In this document: positions 13,301 to 24,869 of the stretch, one piece after another
Layout of the letters: the number at the start of each line of letters is the position of its first letter
How positions within the stretch are numbered: the stretch's first letter is position 1
Source of the DNA: Hemiscyllium ocellatum
Lineage: Eukaryota
NCBI RefSeq assembly: GCF_020745735.1
Contig: NW_026867618.1
Location: 2,833,232 to 2,897,231 of the forward strand
Direction of reading: 5' to 3'
Length of the DNA: 64,000 bases
Translations under genes and position numbers: made by a program
Notes under the pieces: model-generated
Databases searched by the model: none
The model's input: the letters and a program-made list of their open reading frames with translations, nothing else
What the model was told of the DNA's origin: nothing

Positions 13301-14749
13301 GTATTTGAATGAACACTCGGCGCAGCAGACACGCTGGTCTCTTCTATAATGTATGAATATACGTGATGACTCTGATGAAATCGCTGAAATACTCTGAAGC
13401 TCAAGTCAATGGCACTTGTTCGGAGGTATGCACGCTCATAAAGCTAGTACGTTCAAATAAATCGTTTGAGCTATAACCTGGCATTGTGTGATTTTTAACT
13501 TTGTCTTATTCCCCACGCACTGAGCAAATCTGCACCTCCCTCAAGCAAACCCCCAGACTGTAACCACCCGCTCCATGATGGTGACTCAGAACCGAAGAAC
13601 TGCAGATTAGAACAAGAGAGGAAGGTAGGAATGAGGTGCGGTAATTCAGCCCTTCGAGTGTGTTCCACCGGAAACATGTATGTCTCTTTTTTTAAATGTG
13701 TTAATCTATTCTTCCTGCACAGCACTCTGGGTGAATACGTTTTACAGATTCAAAATCATCCAAGATAATTACTTTCTTCTGCTCTCAATTTTGAACCTAG
13801 ATCCTCCGATACCAGGCTGTCTCAAAAGTGTGTACATATTTCCCACGTCTACTTTTCTAATCCGCTTCAGCACTTCATGCACCTCAGTCAGATCTCTCCC
13901 ATATTCGTCTGGACTCCAGCAAGTACAAGCCCAAGCTACTTAACTACTCCCTCTATTGAAGCCCTTTGTTGCCTGGAGTCAACCTGGTGAAACTCCTCTG
14001 AAATGCTTCCAGTGCCACCGCAGCATTTCTCCAGTATGGAGACCAAAACTAGATGCAATTGTTCAGGTCTGGAAACCAAACCGTATGTATTTGTAACTAT
14101 GTTACATTCCATTTCTAATCTTGCAATAAATCGGCAGGTTTCGTTTGTTTTTCCAATTAAGTGCTACATCTGAACGCCTGCTTTCCGCAATTAATGCAGG
14201 AAGACTACCAGGTAAGCCATTGTTCATGTACTTTGACTCTGTTTCCCATTTAAATCATAACTTTTTTTGGCCAAAAATGTGCAACCTCGCACTCAGCCTC
14301 GTCAGCTCGTCTGCCAATTTCTTCCCCACTCTCGTACTGTGTCAATATATATCTGTGAACATTGTCGGCTCTTTGAGTATCACTTCGGAGTTACCAACGT
14401 TGCTTTGTGTTTGGGGTCACAAACAGGCCAGATGAATTAAGAGTAGCAGTTCCCTTCCCTAACGTACTTTAATTAACTACTTGGGCTTTCCTTACAATCG
14501 ATCCATGGTCATCAGTATCTTAATTCAAGATGTTTTCTTAAACTCCAACAGCTGCCTTGGAAGGATCCAAACTCAAGTTCTTAGAACACTATGTGGTCTC
14601 CAGATTAACAATTGAGCGTTAATAAGACGAGCCCATCGCCTATCCGAATCCTGCGCAATGCAACCACTTTGTGCAGTATGATTTGTCCCAGTTTTGCCAG
14701 AATGTTATCGATTATATAATTGTGTAAAAGGGTAGAAGGGTTTGATATT

Positions 14750-15120
14750 TAATCAATACTTTGTGCTGAATGTACATTATAAATTTGCACAGATATTGTT
14801 ATACAAATATTGAATTACTCATCATCAAATGCCACCCTTTCTATCTATCACGGGGATTTACCACTGCTATACTAATTGCTGTGTACATACCGCCACAAGA
14901 GAAGATTAAGGAAGCTCTGGATCTGCTGTACTCCACTTTGAACACCTTGGAGATGGACTACCCCGAGATCCTGTTTGTTTTGGCTGGCGACTTCAAACAA
15001 GTCAATCAATGGAAAACATTACCCAAGTACTACTAGAACAGTACCGTCGACACCGGGGTCCGAACTTATTGGGGCACTGCTACACCACTGCAAAAGTTGC
15101 CAACAGCTGCATCTCCCGAC
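14750..15120 (+). mobile_element. Rex1/Babar-type LINE endonuclease fragment
   Basis: ORF 14770-15036 reads KCHPFYLSRGFTTAILIAVYIPP..LFVLAGDF. Confidence 0.8.
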
Positions 15121-16299
15121 TTCTTTTCGGGAAATCCGACCGGGCATTTTGACATCGATGATTTCTTCCCTCACCAAAGTCATTAGTCTGATCGTGCCTG
15201 TTTGTCCTAGTCGCCTCTACATTCTGCTCACTTTCTGATCTGCTGCCTTGGTTCCCAGCCTCCTGCATTATTAGTTTCAATCCATACACGGTGCTGTATG
15301 GAACCTCTCCACCAGGATGTTGGTGCCCTTTCAGTTGAGGTACAGCTCCTTTTATTATGGGTCCCTTCTGCCCTGGAAAAAATCCTAATGTTACAATAAT
15401 ATGAACCGCTCGCCCCTCACCAACAACTTAACCCCATTTGAAGCGACACAATCCTTCCATACCTGCCTCAAGTCCACGTGGCACAGGGTGTAATCTTGAG
15501 ATTTAAGTCACCAAGATACTGTTTTAAAACTCTGCACCCGGAACTCTGTTGAGAGTTACTTGTCACTCTTCCCGCTTGTGTCATTTGTATCAATGTGCAT
15601 TACAGATCGGGACTGCTTACCCTCCACATTGGCATCTTCTGAACATGCGCAGAAACATCCTTGTCCTTGGCACCTGGAATCCTGCTTCCGAATAGCTGCA
15701 ACATCTGCTTTATCTGCGCAGATATTGCCAGGCTTAGTGTGCTTTATCAACACGGATGTTGCCAGGTTTACTGAGCTTTTCCAGTAATTTCTCATGTTGT
15801 CATCATATATGACAGTTTATTGAGACAAAGTCTGTGCCGCACAGACTTGAAAAATCTAAATTTTAATTAGTTTTAAAATATCTAATTATTTGGTCATCCA
15901 AAACTGTCCAATTATTTATTTTTCAGTCCATTAACATCATATTGTTAATTTTTGCAAACGATGATCGAAAGAGATCTTTAACATCTCTTCTCACTTCAAT
16001 ACAATGACAGAGGACTATTCACAGACACGCATGCAGGCACACAGAAAGAATGACTTTGTCGAAGAATACGAGTTAAGATATAAACATTTCGAAATATAAA
16101 TAGAATTAAAAATTTAGGAAATGGAAGGATGCAAGAACTTGGCCTTATTCATCCTGGACCATATAAGACGTAGATGTGAACTTCATGGGCCGCTGAAAAC
16201 AATGATAATTCTGTAAGAATATCAAAAAGAAAATTATTCATCCGTCAGTTGGCATTACAGTAAATAGGATGCATAGGCATATTGGGAAGAAAAGAATGA

Positions 16300-17052
16300 C
16301 GAGAGAAAGTCTGGGGCTAATCGAAAAAAGTTGTGGAAAGTTTTGCGTGGAGTCTGAGGAGATAGGGAAAATGTAAAATGAATATGTTTCGACGATATAA
16401 ATGCGAGAGAAAAATACAACAATATTGCTGTGGAGAATACTGAGAACTAACTACCAGACAAGATGGGTTTGAAGTTCACAAGGAGGAGGTTTCAGCAATT
16501 CTGGATTGTGTGAACATAAATAATTCCCCGGGCCAGGTGGAATTTATACTTGCATTCCCTCGGAACCCAGGGCGGAGACTCGCAGAACCATTGGCTTTGA
16601 TATTTATGTCATGATTGACTACAGGAATAATGTCATGAGGCTGGAGGATAGCAAATGTCCGTTTTTTCAAGAAGCGGAGTAGAGACAACCCTACTATTTG
16701 TAGACCAGTGAGCCTTACTTCGGTTGTGGATAAGTTATTGGAAAAGTTTGTAAGAGCGAGGATTAATAATTGTCGAAGGAGGAACAAGTTGAATAGGGAG
16801 AAGTCAACTTGGGTTTTGTGAAGGGTATATCATGCCTCACAAACCTTACTGAGTTCTTTGATAAGTGACTAAACAGGTGGGTGAGGAGAAAGCAGTGTTT
16901 TTTGTGTGTCTGGATTTCAATACAGTTTTGATAAGCTTCATCACGCTGGAATATTGCAATAAATGCGGAGATATATCACTGAGTGCGACTTAGCAGCTTG
17001 GATCAGAACGTGGCTCGCTCGAAGAAGACACAGCGTGGTGTCTGATGGGAAA
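16300..17052 (+). mobile_element. CR1 LINE RT fragment
   Basis: RPVSLTSVVDKLLE, SCLTNLTEFF, LDFN..FDK and WIRTWL remnants with frameshifts. Confidence 0.85.
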
Positions 17053-17054
17053 TC

Positions 17055-17265
17055 AATGAGAAGACAGTGAGGTCTGCAGATTCTGGAGATCAGAGTTCAT
17101 ATTCTATTGCTGGTGACGCACATCAGGTCAGGCAGCATCCGAGGAGCATGAAAATCGACTTTTGGGGCCGCAGCGTTTCATCAGGAATGATTCCTGATGA
17201 AGGGCTCCGGCCTGAAACCTCGATTTTCCTGATCCTCGGATGCTGCCTAATCTGCTATGCTTTCG
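17055..17265. mobile_element. Palindromic Penelope-terminus element with hammerhead cores on both strands
   Basis: Centre ttcatcaggaat-g-attcctgatgaa (17177-17201). The + strand reads CTGATGAagggctccggcctGAAAcctc. Confidence 0.8.
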
Positions 17266-17329
17266 AGGTTCACTCTCTTCTTCTTCCTCTTGTCAAGAAC
17301 ATCAACTGCTTTAGTAAACCACGTGTCCA

Positions 17330-17830
17330 TGACCACACTCCCTCAGTAACACACTCTCTCTCACTGTCTTATTTCATCTGTCATTTTCATCCTGTCTATC
17401 TTGCACTTACTCAATCAAAGTCTCATTCACATGGCACTCTGATATTCACTTCCGCACGCTCACAAATGCGCACCCAGTTACACATGCGTTCCCTCGGTCT
17501 CAATCATTCATTTGTAGCCTCACTATGCCTCACAGTAATGGTGACTCCATCACACTCATTCCCTGACAGTCACACTCAATCCCTCACTGTCACACCGACT
17601 TTTTCCTGTCACACACGATCCTTCCCAGTCTCATTCAATTCCGCTTTATCATAACGACTCCTCACGATCCAACTCATTGCCTCACAGTCCCTCCGACTCC
17701 CTTACACACTCATTCTCTCACGGTCATTCTAACACACCCACAATCACACATCAATGCTGACAGCCTCACTCACTGCCTCATAGCCACACTGACACCTTCA
17801 CAGCCTCCCTCATTGTCCAGCCGAGTTCTT
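17330..17830. repeat. Degenerate CA/CT-rich (ctcacact-like) low-complexity tract
   Basis: Recurrent cactca/ctcaca words seen directly. Confidence 0.75.
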
Positions 17831-18670
17831 CACATTCGAGCTTACGTCCCGTCAAACTGACTTCCGCACCCTCACTCCATCACTGTTTTGCCCAACAATG
17901 GTGGATGAACCCATTGCCACTCTGTTCCTCCAGCAATGGCCTATGCATTCATCCTCGTTGTCTGTTCTCCGCACCAGCCTGCGAACTAATCACCGTTCTG
18001 TTTCCCGATGCACAGACCAGAGTACCATCCCCACTCTGCTCCCAAAGCAACAAACGGTGGTCCAATGGAATCAGTTGTATTCACAATGACCTGTTATTCC
18101 ACCCAAATTCTTTTGCCCTAGTAACAGACAATGCAATCAACACCCTTTACATCGAAGCAATGACAGTGCATTCAGGCACAACGTGTGTCCCCTCGCAAAG
18201 ATATTTGTCTCAAAATCCATTCTGTTCGTCCATCAGTTGTCTTCCACTCGCGTAAGACCATGTTTTCACACCTACTTGCGCCCATACCAACAGGTGAAAG
18301 AGGATTTGAGGATTCGTGGCATGAAGAAAGTGACAGTGACAAAGGTAGCGAAAATTGGGGGGAGGGTGGAGAGAGAGAGAGCACATGAGAGAGGGAGAAA
18401 GGGAGAATGGAAGACACATATATGGTTTGGGAGGGATGGATGAATTCAGCTGAAGGCACGTCCTGGTGGGTGACCTAGAAGTAACAATCAATCATAGAGT
18501 GAATTTAAACGCAGTTCTGAAGGGTGATGAACTCTTCTTTCGTGATGAACTCTCCCCCTGACCCATCCGCTTCTGTGAGGACCAGAACCTGGGGCCCAGT
18601 CTCAACTTGTTCAACGCAACGACAAACAACAGTATAGTTCACTCTGCTGCTTGGTATATTTAAATAACAA

Positions 18671-18676
18671 TTTATT
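18671..18676 (-). terminator. Candidate polyadenylation signal of GPR139-like gene 1
   Basis: AATAAA on the minus strand, about 225 nt past the stop codon at 18899. Confidence 0.45.
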
Positions 18677-18898
18677 AATTATAAATTGATTCCATAGATG
18701 CAATCTTTGTAATGGTGCCTTTTCTCAATGGCCTCTGAGTTGCGAGAAACATTGAAATGTGGCCTATAGTCCCCTGTGGGTTAAGGTTGGGGAAACAAAA
18801 GCACTACTTTCAGTCTGTTACCATAGCGACTGGCTGCTTCATTGTTGTAACATTCGACTGAAATGAGAAAATAGTGAATACATTGATGAATAAATGAT

Positions 18899-19794
18899 TC
18901 AGATTGATTGATGAATTTGGGTAAATGGATGTTTGAGCACATTCTTCAGCTGCTGTCTGAACCTCGTCTGGGTCACAGCATAAATCACGGTGTTTGTGCA
19001 GCAACTGAGGAGCTGCAGCATGAAGGCCAAATCCTGCACAAAGGGAGCCAGATTCATTGAGTCATAGCCCAACCACCACATCCGGTTCCATATAGAATAT
19101 ACCATTAATGTTGACCATAACAGGATGAAATTGGCGGAGATAACAAACAGTAAAATAATGGATTTCTTTCGATTTTTCATTTCTGTGTCACATTGAACCA
19201 CCCCATTGGTGTGAGCCCGGAGTCTTCTGCGGGCTCTGCTGGTCACTATGATGTGTCTGACTGTTAAAGCATTGAGTAACAGGATCAGGAGAAATGGGAG
19301 AGTTGGATTGAGAATGTGGTGGATGGTCTCGACTGTGACCCAGACACGGGAGTTATAAACAGCGACTGTTGCCTCGCAAAACCAGGGGGAGTTGTTCAGT
19401 ACATACTGAGGTGTGAGCATAAAATACCAGAAAATGTTCTTCAAACAACTTAACACGGTCACTGTTCCCAGAACCACAGTTGCCGTTTTCTTGCTGCAGT
19501 GTTTACTTTTCAGCTTTTGGCAACAAATGGCCACAAATCGATCAAAGGTGAAAGTAACGGTGAACCAGACAGAACAGTCAGTGACTGCATAAAGCAGGAC
19601 GGCATGGACATTACACAGGGGAATGTACCATATGATACCAAAGTGTTCATAATAAACAATGGGAATGTGTCTCAATATCAGGTCGAGGATAATGACCAGA
19701 AGATCCGCCACTGCCATAGATCCCAGGTAACGACTGACACATGGAGACAATCCACAATCTTTCCAAAGCAGGACATAGATCGTCACTGCGTTAA
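18899..19794 (-). CDS. GPR139-like class A orphan GPCR, gene 1, exon 2 (TM1 end to C-terminus)
   Basis: Acceptor ttttccttcctcacag at 19796-19795, phase 1. Open frame VNAVTIYVL..MAVADLL..FTFDRFVAIC..LPFLLILLLN..NFILLW..SCCTNTVIY to the stop. Hydrophobic TM segments present. Confidence 0.92.
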
Positions 19795-20379
19795 CTGTGA
19801 GGAAGGAAAATAAACAAATTACATGTCTGCCTGGAGGCAAAGTATACCGTTTTATGAAGGAATCGTCGAGATTTTCAAATGTATGACTGCATTCCAAGAA
19901 TGTTTGAAATAATTGGAGCTGAAATAACAAATTTTATGTTCTGAATTACTTACAGAAATGCGAAAAAAGCATAAGAATCCCTCCTTACAAAATGCATATA
20001 GCCACATCTTTACGAAGAATTGGTTTCCAGCACATTCCCACACATTCGATCACTTGGGAGCAGGCACCACTTTCTTTCCAGCTCCTAATATGTAGGAAGA
20101 AGACACTGCCATTGCGAGGAATTCCCTCCCAGCTTATTGAAGACAAGTGGAGAATGGAAATTTCTATATTTTACTCTCAATTGTGGTCTATCCTCTGTCG
20201 TGAAGAAATGTTAACCGAGGGAAAACATATTCACGCCTTTAATTGCCTGAGGGACTTCGAAGCAGTGTGTTCTTATTCTTGGTACTTGATCTCCTCCGTC
20301 TTGATCGTATCTTTTGTTCGAAGTACTGACAACTGACAGTTCACAAATAATTTCAGTTCCAGCATGCTTCAAGAATTCT

Positions 20380-21490
20380 CATTTACGGAATGTTCTGCAG
20401 AATATCGGTTGTAATTTTTCCAGTAAATGTCAGTTATCAAATGTTATGGAGAACTTCAGTTGTGGAATGTTCTGGGCAATGCCCCTAAGGGAATGTTCTG
20501 GGAAATGCCGGATGGAGAATGTTATATGTAATGTCAGTTATGGAATGTATAAGGGAATACCGGTTGGAGAATTTTCAAGAGAATATCGGTTTCAGAGTGT
20601 TACAGGGATTTGCAATTGATAATGTTCTGAGAAATGGAGTTTTTGGAATGTCTGTCATAGAATGTTCTAGGAATGCTGGTTGGAGAATGTTCCAGGGAAA
20701 GTCTATTACGGTTTACTAAAATGAGACTCGTTATGGAATGTCCTGGTGAATTTCGGTTGTACAGTGGTTAGCACTGCTGCCTCACAGCGCCAGGGACCTG
20801 GGTTCAATTCCCGCCTCAGGCGACTGACTGTGTGGAGTTTGCACGTTCTCCCCGTGTCTGCGTGGGTTTCCTCCGGGTGCTCCGGTTTCCTCCCACAGTC
20901 CAAAGATGTGCGGGGTCAGGTGAATTGGCCATGCTAAATTGCACGTAGTGTAAGGTAAGGGGTATGTGTAGGGGTATGGGTGGGTTGCGCTTCGGCGGGT
21001 CGGTGTGGACTTGTTGGGCCGAAGGGCCTGTTTCCACACTGTAAGTAATCTAATCTAATCTAAACGTTCTGGGAAATGTCAGTTATGGATTATTCCGTGA
21101 ATGCAGTTTGGAGAATGTCCCGGGGAATGACTATCATAGAATATTTCAGATTCCGTCTATTGTCGAATATTCTGGAGAATGTAGTTGACAGAATAATCTG
21201 AAGAACTTTGCTAATAGAATGATCCAGAGGTTCTAAGTAAAGAAATGTGTCGGAGGGTCACAGTTGTAAAATGTTGCGGGGAATGTCGGGGATACAATGC
21301 TACACTGAATGGAAGGGACAGAATGATCCAATGAATGTCAGTTACTGAAAGATGAGGAGAATGTCGTTAAAGAGTTTTCTGAAGAACGTCAGTAAGGAAC
21401 TTTCCACAAGAAAAGTAAGAGAATGTTCTGGACAATGATAGTTACAGAAGGTTCCAGGGAACATCGTTGTGGAATGTGTTAGATTCATAA
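20380..21490. repeat. Degenerate minisatellite, unit ~21-22 bp (gaatgttctgggaaatgtcagtta-like), interrupted by a SINE
   Basis: Recurrent gaatgtt/gaatgtc words at regular spacing on both sides of 20755-21063. Confidence 0.85.
20755..21063 (+). mobile_element. tRNA-derived V-SINE (HE1-like), near full length
   Basis: B box gggttcaattccc, V-domain gtgggtttcctccgggtgctccggtttcctcccacagtccaaag, CR1-like tail gggccgaagggcctgtttcc and (tctaa)n end. Confidence 0.92.
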
Positions 21491-22329
21491 ATATGCATTC
21501 ACAAAGGGCCTTACGTTCATGAAGTTTGGTGAAATCAACGTCGCCTCGCCAACCGAAATATTGCCGAAACATGACTCAACTGGTACACTGTACTCCAAAA
21601 CATAAAGGTTAAGGTAATGCTTTGATAGTTTGATGTCAGATCAGTTTGTATGATTTTACAATTTTACCTCTTAATCAGAGATCTTCCCCACCTCCTGTTC
21701 AGTTTTGAATAAAGACTATCAGCTGTAAAATGTCCTCAATATTATGTTCATTCTGGACATTTTTGTCTAATGTCATTTAATTCAATGTATGCATTGAGTG
21801 AATCAATCATTTCAGAGAATATAGCAAACACTCAGATACAAGGTCTTTCATTCAGCTTTATGAGGTATTATGACCAGCTCCGTTGTCATTTTTATTCATC
21901 ATTTTGTCTGTTCAGGAAACAGTCTGACGTCGTCGAACTCGCCGGATCAGATTTGATGAGTGATGGGTCATGACGTATCATCGCCATCCTGGTTTTCTCC
22001 TGCCCCACTGGAAGGACAGTCTCACCACAATTGGTGGTACCGAAAAGACAGTACAGAACGTAATTATCCTGCAAATTCTCAGCATTGATTTCAGAACACA
22101 AGACATTACATGGTAACAGGTCAAAGGTAGTCAAAAAAAATTCTGATGATGGACAACGACTGCATTCTGCAACATCTCTCAGTGATGTCTCAGTTTTCCT
22201 TGATTTTGAAAACAAATCTGAGTAAGCATTAAGGGTGGAAGGAACATAGAATGTAATCCTTGTGTGTATTTTCGTGTCTATTCCCAAGTGGGTCTCCTTA
22301 GGTCCATGCCTGAGAGAGCACGGTAACGT

Positions 22330-24860
22330 CTCTAATACAACACAGCCAAATAAAGGGAAGTGACATTTCGGGTAATAACCCTTCACCAGGAACAGTGGGA
22401 GAAAGTCTGTAGGGTGGTGCGATAAATGTGCTGGGGTGAGGGTTGGGGCAGGGGAAGAAGGTAGCAAAGTGTCAAATGGGTGAATGGGGGTGGGGATGGA
22501 GGTGATAGGTCTGAGGTGAAGGTGGGGGAAGGTAGCAAGGAGTACAGTAGGTGAATGGGGTGGGGACCGAAGTGATAGGTCAATGGGGAGGGTGGAGTGG
22601 ACACGTTGGAAGGGAGATTGGCTGGTAGGGCAGGTTATGAACACTGTGCTGAGCTCGAAGATTGGAACTGAGGAAAGGTGGAGGAGGCGAAATGAGGAAA
22701 TTGGTGAAGTGCAAATTGATGCCCTGGGGTTGAAGTGTTCCGACGTGGAAGATGAGGCGTTCTTCCTCCAGACGTCGGGTGGTGGACGGAGCCTGCATGT
22801 CCTCGGCAGAGTGGGAGAGGGACTTGAAATGTTGGGCCACGGGGCGGTAGGATTGATATAGTGCGGGTGGTCCGGAGATCTTCCATGAAACGTTCTGTGA
22901 TTAAACATCCAGTGTCCCCAGAGTAGAGGAGACAGCATCGGGAGCACAAGATACAACAAATGACATTGGTGGATGTGCAGGTCAAAGGCTGATGCATGTG
23001 GACGGCTCCTTTGGGGCTTTTGATGGCAATGAGGGCGAAGGTGCGGGCACAGGTTTTGCAATGCCTGTGGTGGCAGAGGACGGTGCCAGGATGGAAGGGT
23101 GTTTTGTTGGGTGGCGTGGACCTGACCAGGTATTCAGGAAGGGAACGGTATTTTTGGAAAGGGGAATGGGGTGGGGATCGAAATATATCTCTGGTAGTGG
23201 GACCCGTTTTAAGGTGGCGGAAATGTCGGTGGAAGATGTGGTTAATGTGAAGGTTGTTTTGGTGGAAAGTGAGGACGGGGAGGGTCTGTTCTTGTTACAG
23301 TTATAGGAATAGGCTTTGAGGGCGGGGGTGCGGGAAGTGGATGAGATGCATTGGAAGACATCTTCAACCACGTGAGAAGTGAAATTGCGATCTCTGAAGA
23401 AGGAGGCCATCTAGTGTGTTCTGTGGTGGGACTGGTCCCCATGGGAGCAAATACCGTGAAACGGAAGAGGTTGAAATATGGGATGGCATTTTTCAAAGAG
23501 GTAGGTTGGGAAGATGTGTACTCCAGGTAGCTATGAGAGTCGGTGTTATTGTACAAAATGTCAGTGTCAAGTCAGTCATCATTATTGGAGATGGAGAGAT
23601 TCAGGAATGGGAGAAAGGTGTCGGCGAAGGACGCGGTGAATTTGAGGTTGGGGTGGAATGTTTTGGTGAAATTGATGAACTGCTCTGCCTCCTCGCGTGA
23701 ACACGTGGTGTCACCGATGCAGTCATTACTGTATCGGAGGAAGAGGTGTGGTTTGGTGCCAGTGTAACTAAGGAAAATGGACTGTTCTGCGTAGCCTACA
23801 AAGAGACAGGCATAGCTTGGCCCAAACGGGTGCCCATGGCTATCCCTGGGTCAGGAGAAATTGGAAGAATTTGAAGCAGAAGTTGTTAAGGGTGTGGACC
23901 AGTACAGGCAAATGAATGAGAGTGCCAGTGAAAGGGTACATGGGGTGTTCGGGAGAGGAAGAAACGGAGGGCTTGGAGGCCCTAGTTGTAGAGGGTGGAG
24001 GTGTAGAGGGATTGGATGTCCTCGATGAAGATGAATTGGGGCGGGGAAACGGAAGTCCTGGAGGAGCAGGAAGGCATGGGTGATGTTTCGAAAGCATGTG
24101 GGAAGTTCCTGGACTAGGGTTTAGGACAGCATCGAGGTGGGTGCAGGTAAGTTCGGTGGAGCAGAAGCAGGCTGAGAGAATGAGTTGGCCAGGGTGGAGA
24201 GGCTTGTGGATCTTGGGAAGGCGGTAGAATCGGGTGGTTTGCTGTTCCCAGAATACGACGTTGGAAGCTGTGGGTGGGTGATCTCCTGGAATGATGAGGT
24301 TCTGTACGGTCTGGAAGATGATGGTTTTGTTATTGGAGTGGGGTCTTGGACGGGGGATATTCGGAGCAGTTGTCAATGGGTTGGAATATGGCTTCTGCGG
24401 TGCAGAGGTCAGTGTGCCACATTACCACTGCACCCCCTTTAACTGCTGCTTTAAAGATGAGGTTGGGATTGGAGCAGAGCGAGTCGATGGCTGCTCATCG
24501 TCGGGGTGAGAGGTTGCAATGGGGGAGGTGGGTACACAGATCGAGGCGGTTAATGTCTTGGCGGCAGTTGGAAATGAGGAAATCGAGGGCTGGTAATAGG
24601 CCAGAGCGGGGCGGAGGTGGGTGGGTGGATGGAGAACTATGGAGGCGAGTGACAGTGTGGCCAGAAATTAGCGGGATTCCTGATATCAATAGTAAACTCG
24701 CAGGTGGAGGCAGTGGAAGAATTGTTCGACGTCACGATGCGTATGAAATTCCTTGATGCATGGCCTGATGGGGATAAAGGTAAGGTCTTTGCTGAGGGCT
24801 GATATTTTGTCCTCAGTGAGCAAATAATGTGGATGCAGTGAAAGTTTAGCGCTCTGACCT
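22330..24860 (-). mobile_element. Penelope-like retroelement (RT and GIY-YIG), degenerate
   Basis: RFYRLPKIHKP, TDSHSYLEYTS, MASFFRDRNF, TCTSTNVICCILCSRCCLLYSGDT..ERFMEDL and EERLIFHVGTLQPQGIN. Terminal ttcCTGGTGAagggttattacccGAAAtgtc. Confidence 0.92.
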
Positions 24861-24869
24861 CCACACCGC

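Noticed and set aside
13410-13515. Second type of Penelope-like terminal hammerhead
   Set aside because: The core is too decayed (no intact CUGANGA or GAAA) to call.
17850-18300. Unique segment with several 60-116 aa ORFs
   Set aside because: No family motif could be supported in any frame.
19795-19930. N-terminal extension of the 343-aa GPCR ORF
   Set aside because: It starts at TTG and lies upstream of a clear splice acceptor, so it is intronic.
20755-20830. tRNA gene
   Set aside because: The B box belongs to a SINE head that continues into the V-domain and LINE tail, and no full cloverleaf is present.
20380-21490. CRISPR-like regular repeats (also 45500-45980)
   Set aside because: Degenerate tandem units without unique spacers, no cas genes, and a vertebrate context.
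21892-23061. 389-aa ORF, and likewise the 305-aa ORF at 49233-50150
   Set aside because: Pro/Ser/His-rich alternative frames of Penelope sequence running into flanking DNA, not host genes.
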